Made by a program: the position numbers and the translations under genes. From an uncultured Actinomyces sp. (GTDB taxonomy: Bacteria; Actinomycetota; Actinomycetes; Actinomycetales; Actinomycetaceae), in contig CALISI010000031.1 in assembly GCA_938041695.1 (NCBI GenBank), forward strand, positions 3,987 to 67,986: DNA of 64,000 nt. The letters are read 5' to 3'. Within the stretch, counting starts at the first letter, position 1. Each line of letters starts with the position of its first letter. The notes beneath the pieces were generated by a model. It was not told where the DNA came from and searched no databases. It was given only the letters and a program-made list of their open reading frames with translations. Shown here one piece after another: positions 1 through 13,079 of the stretch.

Positions 1-386
1 TCCTGAAGCGCACGCTGTCGCTCGCGATGCCGACGGGCATCATTTTGGCTGCGGCCGCCCTCACCGCTTTCGGCATTGTTGACGGCCCGCCGCAGGCGCG
101 CGAGTCCACCGCTGCGATTCTCTCCCTCATGCTGGGGGCCATCTGGCTGCTCGTGATCACCTCGCGACCGCTGTCGACGTGGAAGTGGGTGCTCCTGGTC
201 AGCGTCATCTCCGCGACCGTGGGCGGCGTCCTGCTGCCGCCGGCGCGCGGTTTCTTCTCGATGGTGGCGCCCACCGGATACGAGTGGCTCGTGATCGCCT
301 GCGTCGGCGCGTGCGCCGCTGTCCTCATCGAGGTCGCCCAGCGCATCTTCTACGCGCGCCAATTCAAGCGCTCCCTGGAGGGCTGA
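1..386 (+). CDS. membrane protein, C-terminal fragment (5' end outside window); possibly the C-terminal membrane domain of a cation-transporting P-type ATPase
   Basis: The frame is open from the window edge (LKRTLSLAMPTG...). It has four hydrophobic segments and a basic tail. No catalytic motif lies inside the window, so the family assignment is tentative. Confidence 0.4.
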   Translation, partial: LKRTLSLAMPTGIILAAAALTAFGIVDGPPQARESTAAILSLMLGAIWLLVITSRPLSTWKWVLLVSVISATVGGVLLPPARGFFSMVAPTGYEWLVIACVGACAAVLIEVAQRIFYARQFKRSLEG

Positions 387-455
387 GAACACTCGATACG
401 AGTCGAGGCCGGTGCCGGGTTTTTCCCCAGCTCCGGCCTCGTTCGTCTGTATCAG

Positions 456-743
456 TCAGAACGCCCGAATGACGGGGTTCCACTCGCGAATGAGGCGCGC
501 CTGGATGACCTCGGCGACGTAGAAGGGATCCTCGTTCAGGATGCGCTCGACGTCGGCCTGGTTCTCGGCGTTGATGAGGATCAGGGCGCCGGGGATCTCG
601 CCAACGAGGGGACCGGACGCGATGTTGATCCCCTGCTCGAGCAGGCCGGACAGGAACGCGCGGTGCGTCGGACGAACCTCGTCCATCGTCTCGGTCATCG
701 ACGGGTTGTACACGTATTCGACTGCGTAGTAAGCCATACGCAT
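456..743 (-). CDS. YciI family protein
   Basis: 95-aa ORF. MAYYAVEYVY...GPLVGE...DPFYVAEVIQARLIREW looks like small YciI-like proteins. An alternative start is at 737. Confidence 0.7.
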   Translation of the reverse strand: MRMAYYAVEYVYNPSMTETMDEVRPTHRAFLSGLLEQGINIASGPLVGEIPGALILINAENQADVERILNEDPFYVAEVIQARLIREWNPVIRAF

Positions 744-794
744 AACACTAGCCCTGATCCCGGCATTTGCCTAGATGGCGGATAGTATCGAAGG

Positions 795-3659
<2,865 letters not shown>

Positions 3660-3681
3660 CGGAAACGGTTAGGATGGACCC

Positions 3682-4155
3682 ATGCGCTACTTCGGCCACA
3701 TGTACTACTGGCCCGGATGGGTCCACCTGATCGTTCTCTTACTGATCGGCGTTTCTGTTGTCATCACGGTGCAGGCTCTTATGGCGCGTTCGGCCGGGAG
3801 ATCACGTGTCTTCGGGCTCTCGTGCGGCTTTGTGGCGGGCATTGGAAACCTTAGTATGTGTGTGCTTGCGCAGGCTGAGGCCCGACACACGTGGCAGATG
3901 TCGATGGTCGGTGCGCTTTACATTCTCGCGGGTACCTTCGTGCTGATCACGCTCGCGTCCCTGTGGAAAGACAGTTCCGGCGGTTTTGCGTGGTCGCGCG
4001 CATTCCACCTGTTCCTGCTCGTTGGCCTGGTCGTAGCAGCCATCATGGAGTTTGCCTACCGTCTGGCTTATTGGATTCCGCTGCCGGTCGCTGGCGTCGC
4101 AGTCCTACTCGCGCTATTTTGCGCGTTTGTCGCCGGTCGCAACAGTCGGGACTAG
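3682..4155 (+). CDS. hypothetical polytopic membrane protein
   Basis: 157 aa with 4-5 hydrophobic helices. AGGATGG lies upstream of the ATG. I do not recognise a family. Confidence 0.5.
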   Translation: MRYFGHMYYWPGWVHLIVLLLIGVSVVITVQALMARSAGRSRVFGLSCGFVAGIGNLSMCVLAQAEARHTWQMSMVGALYILAGTFVLITLASLWKDSSGGFAWSRAFHLFLLVGLVVAAIMEFAYRLAYWIPLPVAGVAVLLALFCAFVAGRNSRD

Positions 4156-4175
4156 GAGACATTCCATACACGAAG

Positions 4176-4210
4176 CGGCCCCGGCCTCGTATGTCACGAG
4201 GTCGGAGCCG
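4176..4210. terminator. GC-rich stem-loop between convergent genes (15-bp stem, one mismatch, one G-U pair)
   Basis: CGGCCCCGGCCTCGT-atgtc-ACGAGGTCGGAGCCG. It lies between the stop of the membrane protein and the stop of the acyl-CoA ligase. There is no T-tract. Confidence 0.55.
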
Positions 4211-4246
4211 TTTCGTCGGATCGGGATCCCCTGGCAGGTCGCCGGG

Positions 4247-6163
4247 CTACTCCTGGTTCTTCGCAGCCTCGCCCGACGCGTACAGGGCGTCGACCTCGTC
4301 TGCGTAGTCGGCCAGGACGCGGCTACGCTTCAACTTCAGCGACGGCGTCATGTAGCCGTTTTCGACCGTAAAAGCCGCGTTGACGATCCGATAGCGCCGA
4401 ATCGATTCAGCTCGGGAAACCGCCATATTCGCCCGAGCAATCGCCTTCTCCAACGAATCACGCACCTGCGGCAAGCCCGCCGCCTCCGCCGCATCCACAA
4501 CCGGCAGACCGTGACGGGACAGCCACTCGGGCAGCATCTCCGTGTCGAGGGCGATGAGCGCACCAATGTAGGGGCGGTTGTCGCCTACCACGATGATGTT
4601 CGCGATGAGCGGGTGCGTCGACAAAGACTCCTCCAAGACCTCGGGGGAGACGTTCTTGCCGCCCGCAGTGACGATGAGTTCCTTCTTGCGGCCCGTGATG
4701 CGCAGGTGACCGCGGTCGTCGATCGATGCAAGGTCGCCGGTCTTGAACCAGCCGTCGACGTAGGCCTCGGCCGTGGCCTCGGGCAGGTTGTGATAGCCCT
4801 TCGAGACGGAGATGCCCTGGACGAGCAGCTCGCCGTCGGGAGCGATCTTCATGCGGTTGCCGGGCCAGGGGAAGCCCACCGAATCCGGCGGGAAGTCCTG
4901 TGGGGTCTCCACGGAGATCGGTCCGGTCGTCTCGGAGAGGCCATAGCCCTGCAGGAGCGTGATGCCCAGGCCGCGATAGAAGTTTGCCAGGTCAGGTGCC
5001 AGGGGCGCGCCACCCGAAATGATGGTGTGCAGATTCGGCCCGAGCACCGCGCGGACCTTCTTCAAGACAAGCGCGTCGGCGACGCGGCCGCGCAGCTTCA
5101 GCGCGGTCGACGGACCGGGGGAGGGCGTCGCGGAAGCATCGGGGATAGGTGTGGTGTCGGGGCCAGGACCCGCGACGGCAGACTCGGGTAGGGGAGAATC
5201 CACGTAGGCGGTGGCCGCAGACAGGGCACGGGCCTGCTTGGCAGCCCAAGCAAAGATTCTTCCCTTCGCGCCGCCACCGGCCTTCGCGGAGGCAGCGTTA
5301 TAGACCTTCTCCATGACGCGCGGAACCACGAGGAGCATCGTCGGTTTGAATGTCGCGATGTCGTTGACGAGATTACGAGTGTCGGGGGAGAAGGCTGTCA
5401 CGCCCTGGCCTGCCAGCAGGCAGTACATGACGAAGCGCGCAAGCACGTGCGCGACCGGCAGGAAGAGCAGGGAACGCGACTTTGGATCGTTGATGAGCAC
5501 GGGCAGGAAGTCGTAGGCCTGCAGCATTGGCGAAATGAAGTTGCCGTGCGTGAGGACAACGCCCTTGGGCATGCCCGTCGTGCCGGAGGTGTAGATGACC
5601 GTCGCCTCGTCGCGAAGCGTCACGGCGTCGGTGCGCTCGCGCACCTGTTCGACCGTGACGCCCTGTGCGGCGCCGGTCAGGACGCGCTCGGCACCCCTGT
5701 CGAGGGAGAGGATATGGCGGACGCCCTCGGTGCGCACGGACTCGACCAGCTCGGCCTGCTGGGTGGTGGCCGTGATGACGATACGTACGTCTGCATCAGC
5801 AAGGATATGCGCGATCTGAGAGGCGGAATCCGTCTCGTAGATCGGCACGGTGATGGCGCCGCAGGACAGTGCGGCCACATCGATGAGCGCCCACTCGTAG
5901 GACGTGGGCGCCAGGATCGCTAGGTGCTCGCCGGCCTCGAGGCCCATGCCGATCAGGCCGCGCGCAATCGAGTCGGCTTCGCCCAGGAACGTCTCCATGG
6001 TGACGGGACGCCACGCGCCGACGTTGGAACGCCGCTCAATCGCGACCTGCCCGGGGTGAGATGCCACGCGCTGGTGGAGCATCTTCGGCAGGTTCATGTC
6101 CTCGGTGGCCTCTCGCGTTGCGATCGACTCCCAAGAGCCGTCTGCGAGCCTGCGTACCGTCAT
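4247..6163 (-). CDS. long-chain fatty-acid--CoA ligase (AMP-dependent synthetase, FadD15-like)
   Basis: 638 aa. It carries the AMP-binding motif YTSGTTGMPKGV, then GYGLSETTG, and the C-terminal TPSLKLKR motif. GAAAGGA lies before the ATG. Confidence 0.85.
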   Translation of the reverse strand: MTVRRLADGSWESIATREATEDMNLPKMLHQRVASHPGQVAIERRSNVGAWRPVTMETFLGEADSIARGLIGMGLEAGEHLAILAPTSYEWALIDVAALSCGAITVPIYETDSASQIAHILADADVRIVITATTQQAELVESVRTEGVRHILSLDRGAERVLTGAAQGVTVEQVRERTDAVTLRDEATVIYTSGTTGMPKGVVLTHGNFISPMLQAYDFLPVLINDPKSRSLLFLPVAHVLARFVMYCLLAGQGVTAFSPDTRNLVNDIATFKPTMLLVVPRVMEKVYNAASAKAGGGAKGRIFAWAAKQARALSAATAYVDSPLPESAVAGPGPDTTPIPDASATPSPGPSTALKLRGRVADALVLKKVRAVLGPNLHTIISGGAPLAPDLANFYRGLGITLLQGYGLSETTGPISVETPQDFPPDSVGFPWPGNRMKIAPDGELLVQGISVSKGYHNLPEATAEAYVDGWFKTGDLASIDDRGHLRITGRKKELIVTAGGKNVSPEVLEESLSTHPLIANIIVVGDNRPYIGALIALDTEMLPEWLSRHGLPVVDAAEAAGLPQVRDSLEKAIARANMAVSRAESIRRYRIVNAAFTVENGYMTPSLKLKRSRVLADYADEVDALYASGEAAKNQE

Positions 6164-6208
6164 TGCGGTCCTTTCGTGGGGTGAGCGCGCTGCGCTGTGT
6201 TGGTGGAA

Positions 6209-8074
6209 TCAGTTCTTCTTGGAGCGGTGGAAGAAACCACGCTTCTTCGTCGGCTCGGCGGAGACGGGGCCGCCGTAGAGTGCATCGACCTCGTGGGCGT
6301 AGTCGGCGAGCACCTTGCGTCGGCGTAGCTTCATCGAGGGAGTCACGTAGCCGTTCGCGACGGTGAAGGTGGCGTCAATAATGCGGAACTTGCGGATAGA
6401 CTCGGCGCGAGAGACGGCCTTGTTGGCGCGTTCGACGGCCTTCTCGAGGGACTCGCGCACGGCGGGCAGCTCGGCGGCCTCGGTGGGCGAGCACTGTGGC
6501 AGACCGTGCTTGGTAAGCCAGTCGGGCAGCATGTCGGCGTCGAGCGTGAACAGGGCTCCGACGTAGGGGCGCTGATCGCCCACGACGATGACGTTGGCGA
6601 TGAGGGGGTGCGTGGCGAGGGAGTCCTCGAGGACCTCGGGGGAGACGTTCTTGCCGCCCGCGGTGACGATGAGTTCCTTCTTGCGGCCGGTGATGGTCAG
6701 CTGTCCCTTGCGGTCGATGGCACCCAGGTCACCGGTGTGGAACCACTTGCCGTCGGGCATGACCTCAGCGGTCTGCTCGGGCAGATGGTAGTAGCCGGGC
6801 ATGACGGACTGGCCGCGCACGAGGATCTCCCCGTCCTTGGCGATTGTGATGAAGTTGCCGGGCAGGGGCAGGCCGACGCCACCCACGGGGTTCTTGCCGA
6901 TGTGCTGGACGGCAATCGGGCCTGTCGTTTCGGATAGGCCGTAGCCCTGGATGAGGGTGATGCCCATGCCGGCGTAGAAGTGCGCGAGATCGGTGGCCAG
7001 GGGTGCGCCGCCGGAGACGATGTAGCGCAGGTTGGGGCCGAGGATCGCGCGAATCTTCTTCAGGACGAGCGCATCGGCGATGCCGTGGCGCATCTTCTTG
7101 AAGATACCGGGTCCGAAGGTCTTCTCGGAGGCGATCGAGTATGTTCGCGCCTGCTTGGCGCTCCACGCGAACATGCGGCCCTTAATGCCGCCGCCCGCCT
7201 TCGAGGACGCAGCGTTGTAGACCTTCTCGAGGACGCGAGGAACGACGAGAAGCACGGAGGGCTTGAAGGCCTGGATGTCCGGCAGCAGGTTCTTGATGTT
7301 GGGCGAGAAGCCGAGCACGCCCTGGCCGGAGAGGATCACGTGCATGACGAGGCGGGCGAGCACGTGCGCGACGGGGAGGAAGAGCAGCAGGCGGGTCTCG
7401 GGTGAGTCGATGACCTCGCCAAGGACCTGGCGAGCACCCTGAGCGGTTGCGATGAAGTTCGCGTGCGTGAGGGCCACGCCCTTGGGGCTACCCGTTGTGC
7501 CCGAGGTGTAGATGATGGTTGCGATGTCCGAGGACGAGATGGTGGCGCGGCGCTGCTCAACGTTCTCAATGGTGATGCCGGTGGCTGCGCGGGCGATCAT
7601 GCGCTGTGCGCCGCGATCGAAGGAATCGATGGCGACGGTATGCCCGGGGGCAACAGAGCCCACGAGCTCGGCCTGCTGTGTCGTAGCGGTGAAAACGCGG
7701 GTCACGTGCGCGTCGGTGAGGATGTGCTCGATCTGGGCGGCGGAGTCGGACTCGTAGATCGGGACGGTGATCGCGCCGATCGAGAGCAGTGCCAGATCGA
7801 GGAGGAGCCACTCGTACGAGGTCGGGGCCAGGATCGCCACAGCGTCTCCAGCCTGCACGCCGAGGCCGATGAGCCCGCAGGCGGTGTACTCGACCTGACG
7901 CTGGAGCTCAGCGGCGGTCAGAGAGCGGGTGGAACCGACGGAGGAACGCTGCTCGACGCACACCTGGTGCGGGTGAGTGAGGGAGCGCTTAGCCAGCATG
8001 TCGGGCACGATGTCGTGGTCGCCGACCTTGTACGTCGGCTTGATCGTGTACGAGCCATCGCGCATGCGCTTCAT
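6209..8074 (-). CDS. long-chain fatty-acid--CoA ligase (paralog of the adjacent gene)
   Basis: 621 aa with YTSGTTGSPKGV, GYGLSETTG and TPSMKLRR. It is collinear with the neighbouring ligase over its full length. GGGAGGA lies before the ATG. Confidence 0.85.
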   Translation of the reverse strand: MKRMRDGSYTIKPTYKVGDHDIVPDMLAKRSLTHPHQVCVEQRSSVGSTRSLTAAELQRQVEYTACGLIGLGVQAGDAVAILAPTSYEWLLLDLALLSIGAITVPIYESDSAAQIEHILTDAHVTRVFTATTQQAELVGSVAPGHTVAIDSFDRGAQRMIARAATGITIENVEQRRATISSSDIATIIYTSGTTGSPKGVALTHANFIATAQGARQVLGEVIDSPETRLLLFLPVAHVLARLVMHVILSGQGVLGFSPNIKNLLPDIQAFKPSVLLVVPRVLEKVYNAASSKAGGGIKGRMFAWSAKQARTYSIASEKTFGPGIFKKMRHGIADALVLKKIRAILGPNLRYIVSGGAPLATDLAHFYAGMGITLIQGYGLSETTGPIAVQHIGKNPVGGVGLPLPGNFITIAKDGEILVRGQSVMPGYYHLPEQTAEVMPDGKWFHTGDLGAIDRKGQLTITGRKKELIVTAGGKNVSPEVLEDSLATHPLIANVIVVGDQRPYVGALFTLDADMLPDWLTKHGLPQCSPTEAAELPAVRESLEKAVERANKAVSRAESIRKFRIIDATFTVANGYVTPSMKLRRRKVLADYAHEVDALYGGPVSAEPTKKRGFFHRSKKN

Positions 8075-8140
8075 CGTGTCCTCCCGGGTATCGGTTCAAA
8101 GACTGAACAACAGGTCCGTTGTGAGTCTACTGGGTATGGC

Positions 8141-8174
8141 GCGGCCCCCGCCCCATAATCGGGGCGGGGGCCGC
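8141..8174 (-). terminator. glnA terminator hairpin (14-bp perfect stem)
   Basis: GCGGCCCCCGCCCC-ataatc-GGGGCGGGGGCCGC, 16 nt downstream of the glnA stop. There is no U-tract. Confidence 0.75.
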
Positions 8175-8189
8175 TGAGTGACGATTAGA

Positions 8190-9614
8190 TCACAGGTCGT
8201 AGTAGAGCTCGTACTCGAAGGGGTGCGGGTAGGCCCGCATCGGGGCGACCTCCTTGGTCTCCTTGTATTCGAGCCAGGTGTCGATCAGGTCCTGCGTGAA
8301 GACGTCGCCCTCGGTGAGGAACTCGTGGTCCTCGCGCAGTGCGTCGAGGGCGGCCTCGAGGGAGCTCGGCAGTTTCGCGATGTCCTGGTACTCGGCCGGG
8401 GGCAGTTCGTACAGGTCCTTGTCGATCGGCGCGGCCGGTTCGATGCGGCGCTTGATGCCGTCGATGCCCGCCATGAGGCACGCGGAGAACGCCAGGTAGG
8501 GGTTCGCGCTGGGGTCAGGCACGCGGTACTCCACGCGCTTGGCCTTGGGGGAGGTGCCCGTGACGGGGATGCGGATGCACGCGGAGCGGTTGCGCGCCGA
8601 GTACACGAGGTTGATCGGAGCCTCAAAACCGGGAACCAGGCGGCGGAAGGAGTTCACCGACGGGTTCGTGAAGGCGAGGAGCGCGGGAGCGTGCTCGAGC
8701 AGGCCGCCGATGAACCAGCGGGCCGTGTCGGACAGGGATCCGTAGCCGCGCTCGTCGTAGAAGAGGGGCTCGCCGTTCTTCCATAGCGACATGTGGGTGT
8801 GCATACCCGAGCCGTTGTCTCCGAACAGTGGCTTGGGCATGAAGGTCGCTGAATGGCCGAATTCAAGGGCGGCGTTCTTGATGACGTACTTGAACTTCAT
8901 CATATCGTCCGCCGCGGTCTGCAGCGTTGCGAAGCGGTAGTTGATCTCCTGCTGGCCGCCCGAGCCGACCTCGTGGTGGGCGCGCTCGATCGTCAGGCCG
9001 ACCTCTTCGAGGAGGCGGCTCATCTCGTCGCGCACATCCGCGTACTTGTCGGCGGGGGAGACAGGGAAGTAACCGCCCTTGACGGCCACCTTGTAGCCCA
9101 TGTTGCCGCCCTCTTCGACGCGACCGGTGTTCCAGTACGCCTCGGGGGAGTCGACGGAGAAGAAGGTGTTGTGGGGGCTGACCTGGTAGCGCACGTCATC
9201 GAAGAGATAGAACTCGGCTTCGGCACCGATGAAGCACTCGTCTGCGATACCGGTCGAACGCAGGTAGGCCTCGGCCTTCGCAGCCACCTGGCGCGGGTCG
9301 CGCGAGAAAGGCTCATCCGTGAAGGGGTCGACAATCGAGAAGTTAACGACCAGGGTCTTGCGATCGCGGAACGGGTCAACGAACGCGGAAAAGATGTCCG
9401 GGATGAGCTTCATGTCGGACTCGTGGATCGCGGTAAAGCCGCGCACCGATGAGCCGTCGAACATCAGGCCGTCCGACAATGCGGCGTCCAAGAATTCGCT
9501 CACGGGGATCGTGAAGTGCTGCTGAACCCCGGGGACGTCGCAGAAACGCACGTCGACGAGTTCAATGTTCTGCTCGGAGATAAAGTCTGCGACCTCTTGG
9601 GTGGAGGTGAACAT
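8190..9614 (-). CDS. glnA: glutamine synthetase, type I
   Basis: [12 protein letters not shown]...DVRFCDVPG...[11 protein letters not shown]...NPYLAF is typical GlnA. I moved the start to the ATG at 9614, which has GAAGGA 6 nt upstream. The ORF-track start at 9647 adds 11 aa. Confidence 0.95.
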   Translation of the reverse strand: MFTSTQEVADFISEQNIELVDVRFCDVPGVQQHFTIPVSEFLDAALSDGLMFDGSSVRGFTAIHESDMKLIPDIFSAFVDPFRDRKTLVVNFSIVDPFTDEPFSRDPRQVAAKAEAYLRSTGIADECFIGAEAEFYLFDDVRYQVSPHNTFFSVDSPEAYWNTGRVEEGGNMGYKVAVKGGYFPVSPADKYADVRDEMSRLLEEVGLTIERAHHEVGSGGQQEINYRFATLQTAADDMMKFKYVIKNAALEFGHSATFMPKPLFGDNGSGMHTHMSLWKNGEPLFYDERGYGSLSDTARWFIGGLLEHAPALLAFTNPSVNSFRRLVPGFEAPINLVYSARNRSACIRIPVTGTSPKAKRVEYRVPDPSANPYLAFSACLMAGIDGIKRRIEPAAPIDKDLYELPPAEYQDIAKLPSSLEAALDALREDHEFLTEGDVFTQDLIDTWLEYKETKEVAPMRAYPHPFEYELYYDL

Positions 9615-9800
9615 GAACGTCCTTCTTTGTGGGAGAGCTGTACTCATTGGTCAAGAATGGGTCAATTCGCAACCAAGTTCAGTATATGCCCACAGGTGGC
9701 AGCTGCGCGTATTGGTTTCAATATTCAAAGGTTTCATGACATAGAGCACGCCCGCGGTGGGCATCGGGCGCACCCAGCCCCGGCCTCGTACCCTGGGAGC

Positions 9801-11816
9801 GTGGCTGATCCTTCGACGTACCGACCCCGCACGGGAGATATTCCGACCTTGCCGGGCGTCTACCGATTCTCCGACCCGCAGGGCCGCGTCATCTACGTCG
9901 GCAAGGCCAAAAATCTGCGCAATCGTCTCACGAACTACTTCCAGGACCTGGCGAATCTGCATCCGCGCACCCAGCAGATGGTGACGACCGCGAGCGCCGT
10001 CCAGTGGACCGTTGTGCGCTCCGAGGTGGAGGCGCTCACGCTGGAGTTCACGTGGATTAAAGAATTTAATCCGCGCTTCAACGTTATGTTTAAGGACGAC
10101 AAGTCCTACCCGTACCTGGCGGTGTCGATGGGGGAGCGTTTCCCCCGGGTGCAGGTGACGCGTGAGCGCAAGCGCGCGGTGTCGCGCTACTTTGGTCCGT
10201 ACACGCAGGTGTGGGCGATTCGCGAAACGATCGATCAGCTCCTGCGAGTGTTCCCGATGCGATCATGCTCGGCGGGCGTGTTCCAGCGGGCGAAGGCACA
10301 GGGACGTCCGTGCCTGCTCGGCTACATCGATAAGTGTGCGGCGCCGTGTGTGGGGCGCATTTCGATGGAGGAGCATCGCGAGCTTGCAGAGGGCCTGTGT
10401 CAGTTCATGGAGGGACGGACGGGTCCCATCATCCGTGACCTGGAAGAGCAGATGCGCCAGGCGTCGGCGGAGCTGAACTTCGAGCGTGCGGCGAAGCTGC
10501 GCGATGATGTGGTGGCACTGCGTACGGTGCTGGAGCGCAACGCGGTCGTGCTGGATGATGGCTCTGACGCGGACGTGTTTTCTCTCGTCAGCGATGACCT
10601 GGACGCGGCGGTACACGTCTTCCATGTGCGCGGCGGGCGTATTCGAGGCACGCGCGGCTGGGTGATCGAGCGCGTCGACGGGGCGGATGACGCCGCCCTG
10701 ATGTCCCGCCTCCTGGAGCAGGTGTATTCCTCGGCCTCGCCTGACGAGGCCGGGGCAGGCACAGCGGAAAAGGTGGCGGCCGTCAGCGTTGACGACATCG
10801 CGCACACGCCCACATCGGCGATCCCGCGTGAGGTGCTCGTTTCCGTCGAGCCAGAGGAGAAGGAGACGATTGCGCGCTGGCTGAGGGAGGTGCGCGGCGC
10901 GTCCGTGTCTGTGCACGTGCCTCAACGAGGTCCGAAGGCTCAGCTCATGGAGACGGTGACGGAGAATGCCCGGCATGCCCTGGCCCTGCACCGCACGAAG
11001 CGGGCGGGCGACATTACGGCGCGCTCGAAGGCGCTCGAGCAGCTCGCCGAGAACCTTGATCTGCCGGCAGCACCTCTGCGCATCGAGTGCTACGACGTGT
11101 CGCACACGGGTGGTGAGAACCAGGTCGCGTCGATGGTGGTTTTCGAGGACGGCATGCCGCGCAAAGACGCCTACCGCACCTACAACATCCGCGGCGAAGA
11201 CGGCAGTGGTACGCCAGATGATACGAGCGCGATGAACGAAGTCCTCACCAGGCGCTTTTCGCGACTGCTGGCCGAGGAAGTGGGCGTCGAAGGAGAGGAC
11301 GAGGACGGCGTCGCCTATGCGTCCGGTCCGATCGACGCGACGACGGGGCGCCCGAAACGTTTCTCCTACCGCCCCGACCTGGTCGTCGTGGACGGTGGCC
11401 TCCCGCAGGTGAATGCCGCGCGAGCCTCTCTGGACGCTGTGGGTGCGGACGTGCCCGTCGTGGGACTGGCGAAGCGGCTTGAAGAGGTATGGATCCCTGG
11501 TGAGGAGTTCCCGCTCATCCTTCCACGCACCTCGGAGGCGCTCTACCTCCTGCAGTACCTGCGCGACGAGTCCCACCGCTTCGCGATCACGAAGCATCGC
11601 AAGCGGCGTTCGAAGGCCCAGCGGCGCTCGGTGCTCGATTCCATCCCAGGGCTTGGACCTGCCCGTCAGACCGCGCTCCTGAAACATTTCGGCTCCGTTA
11701 AGCGGATCCGTGAGGCATCCGTGGAGGACATTGCCGAGGTCAAGGGCGTGGGACTCGGTCTCGCGCACACGATTCGCGATAGGCTTGCGACATCGTCGAG
11801 GGAGGACACACCATGA
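9801..11816 (+). CDS. uvrC: excinuclease ABC subunit C
   Basis: It has a GIY-YIG N-terminus (PGVYRFSD...[13 protein letters not shown]), a UVR domain, an endonuclease domain and a C-terminal HhH. I set the start at GTG 9801 (VADPSTYRP) with GGGAG upstream. The ORF-track start at 9516 would overlap glnA. Confidence 0.93.
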   Translation: MADPSTYRPRTGDIPTLPGVYRFSDPQGRVIYVGKAKNLRNRLTNYFQDLANLHPRTQQMVTTASAVQWTVVRSEVEALTLEFTWIKEFNPRFNVMFKDDKSYPYLAVSMGERFPRVQVTRERKRAVSRYFGPYTQVWAIRETIDQLLRVFPMRSCSAGVFQRAKAQGRPCLLGYIDKCAAPCVGRISMEEHRELAEGLCQFMEGRTGPIIRDLEEQMRQASAELNFERAAKLRDDVVALRTVLERNAVVLDDGSDADVFSLVSDDLDAAVHVFHVRGGRIRGTRGWVIERVDGADDAALMSRLLEQVYSSASPDEAGAGTAEKVAAVSVDDIAHTPTSAIPREVLVSVEPEEKETIARWLREVRGASVSVHVPQRGPKAQLMETVTENARHALALHRTKRAGDITARSKALEQLAENLDLPAAPLRIECYDVSHTGGENQVASMVVFEDGMPRKDAYRTYNIRGEDGSGTPDDTSAMNEVLTRRFSRLLAEEVGVEGEDEDGVAYASGPIDATTGRPKRFSYRPDLVVVDGGLPQVNAARASLDAVGADVPVVGLAKRLEEVWIPGEEFPLILPRTSEALYLLQYLRDESHRFAITKHRKRRSKAQRRSVLDSIPGLGPARQTALLKHFGSVKRIREASVEDIAEVKGVGLGLAHTIRDRLATSSREDTP

Positions 11817-13036
11817 CATTGACGCTTCCCGTGCCGCTGCCGGCGCGCGTGCTGCTGCTTGGATCGGGCGAACTTGGTAAGGAAGTGACGATCGCTCTGA
11901 AGCGCTACGGATGCACCGTCATCGCATGTGATTCCTACCCGAATGCCCCCGCCATGCAGGTCTCGGACGAGTCTCGTGTTGTCGATATGAGTGACCCCGA
12001 GGCCTTGCGTGCAGTGCTCAACGGCGTCGATGTCGACCTCATTGTTCCCGAAGTCGAGGCCATCGCGACGGATGAACTGAGCGCGTGTGAGGATCGCGGC
12101 GTGCGCGTCGTTCCCAACGCCTTCGCCGTCCAGGCCACGATGGATCGCCAGCGCATCCGCACGCTCGCTGCATCCCTGCCCGGCGTGCGCACCTCCGCAT
12201 TCCGATTCGCACGCAGCGAGGAAGAGCTGGCCGCCGCTCTCGACGAGGTCGGATACCCCGCCTTCGTCAAGCCGACCATGTCCTCTTCAGGGCACGGCCA
12301 GTCCCGCGTGACAGGACCCGAGCAGGCCGCCTCCGCCTGGGCCCACGCAGAGGAAGACGCTCGCGCGACGACCGGCGTCGTCATCGTCGAAGAAGGCGTC
12401 GACTTCGACTACGAGATCACGCTGCTCACCGTGCGCTCCTGGGACGCCGCGTCGGGGAGCGTCATCACGACCTTCTGCGCGCCCATCGGGCACCTCCAGG
12501 AGGGCGGCGACTACGTCGAATCCTGGCAGCCCATGGTCATGAGCGAGGCAGCCCTCGGCGCCGCCCGTTCGATGGCAAAGGCCGTCACAGACGCCCTCGC
12601 CGAGGCCGGAAACGGCCCGTGCCTGGGCATCTTCGGCGTCGAGTTCTTCGTGCGTGGCGATGAGGTCTGGTTCTCCGAGCTCTCGCCCCGCCCCCACGAC
12701 ACCGGCATGGTGACGATGGTGACGCAAGCACAGTCCGAGTTTGAACTGCACGCGCGTGCCATCCTCGGCCTGCCCGTCTCGACTACGCAGAAGACGCCCG
12801 GCGCCTCTGCCGTCGTCAAATCAACCAGCGCCATCGACGCGCCCGTCTACAACGGCGTGGCCGATGCCCTGGCCACCGCCGACATCGTGCGCATCTTCGG
12901 CAAGCCCATCAGCCGCGCCGGCAGGCGCGTCGGCGTGGTCGCCGCTACCGCGAGCACGCCGAAGGAAGCGCGAGTCATCGCCAGACGTGCCGCCGCAGGC
13001 ATCTCCATCGACGAGGCCCCCGCGCCTTGCGCGTAA
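11813..13036 (+). CDS. purT: formate-dependent phosphoribosylglycinamide formyltransferase (GAR transformylase 2)
   Basis: 407 aa. [12 protein letters not shown]...[13 protein letters not shown]...[11 protein letters not shown]...FGKP is collinear with PurT from memory. Its ATG overlaps the uvrC stop (ATGA). Confidence 0.9.
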   Translation: MTLTLPVPLPARVLLLGSGELGKEVTIALKRYGCTVIACDSYPNAPAMQVSDESRVVDMSDPEALRAVLNGVDVDLIVPEVEAIATDELSACEDRGVRVVPNAFAVQATMDRQRIRTLAASLPGVRTSAFRFARSEEELAAALDEVGYPAFVKPTMSSSGHGQSRVTGPEQAASAWAHAEEDARATTGVVIVEEGVDFDYEITLLTVRSWDAASGSVITTFCAPIGHLQEGGDYVESWQPMVMSEAALGAARSMAKAVTDALAEAGNGPCLGIFGVEFFVRGDEVWFSELSPRPHDTGMVTMVTQAQSEFELHARAILGLPVSTTQKTPGASAVVKSTSAIDAPVYNGVADALATADIVRIFGKPISRAGRRVGVVAATASTPKEARVIARRAAAGISIDEAPAPCA

Positions 13037-13079
13037 CCGCTCCCACCCATCAGCCCAGCCCACCCGTCAGGAGGACGCC

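Noticed and set aside
405-440. GAGGCCGG...CCGGCCTC, a possible terminator between the first partial gene and the YciI gene.
   Set aside because: The stem is only 8 bp, the loop is 20 nt, and there is no T-tract. It is too weak to list as a feature.
4179-4191. The 12-mer CCCGGCCTCGTA / CCCCGGCCTCGT recurs at about 4179, 9779 and 33331, with a related GAGGCCGG...CCGGCCTC at 405-440. This could be a REP-like repeated terminator family.
   Set aside because: My rough estimate is that a GC-rich 64-kb window should contain on the order of hundreds of chance 12-13-mer repeats. The flanks do not align, so there is not enough evidence for a repeat family.
9516-9800. N-terminal extensions suggested by the ORF track for uvrC. 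The same applies to rapZ (12741), gap (16267), secG (19518), opcA (21754), tkt (25507), xerD (25401), scpB (27967), cmk (30669), murE (38949), rpe (58479) and VKOR (63415).
   Set aside because: The extensions overlap the upstream gene or lack family similarity. Internal ATG/GTG starts with Shine-Dalgarno-like purine runs give proteins that begin where the family normally begins.
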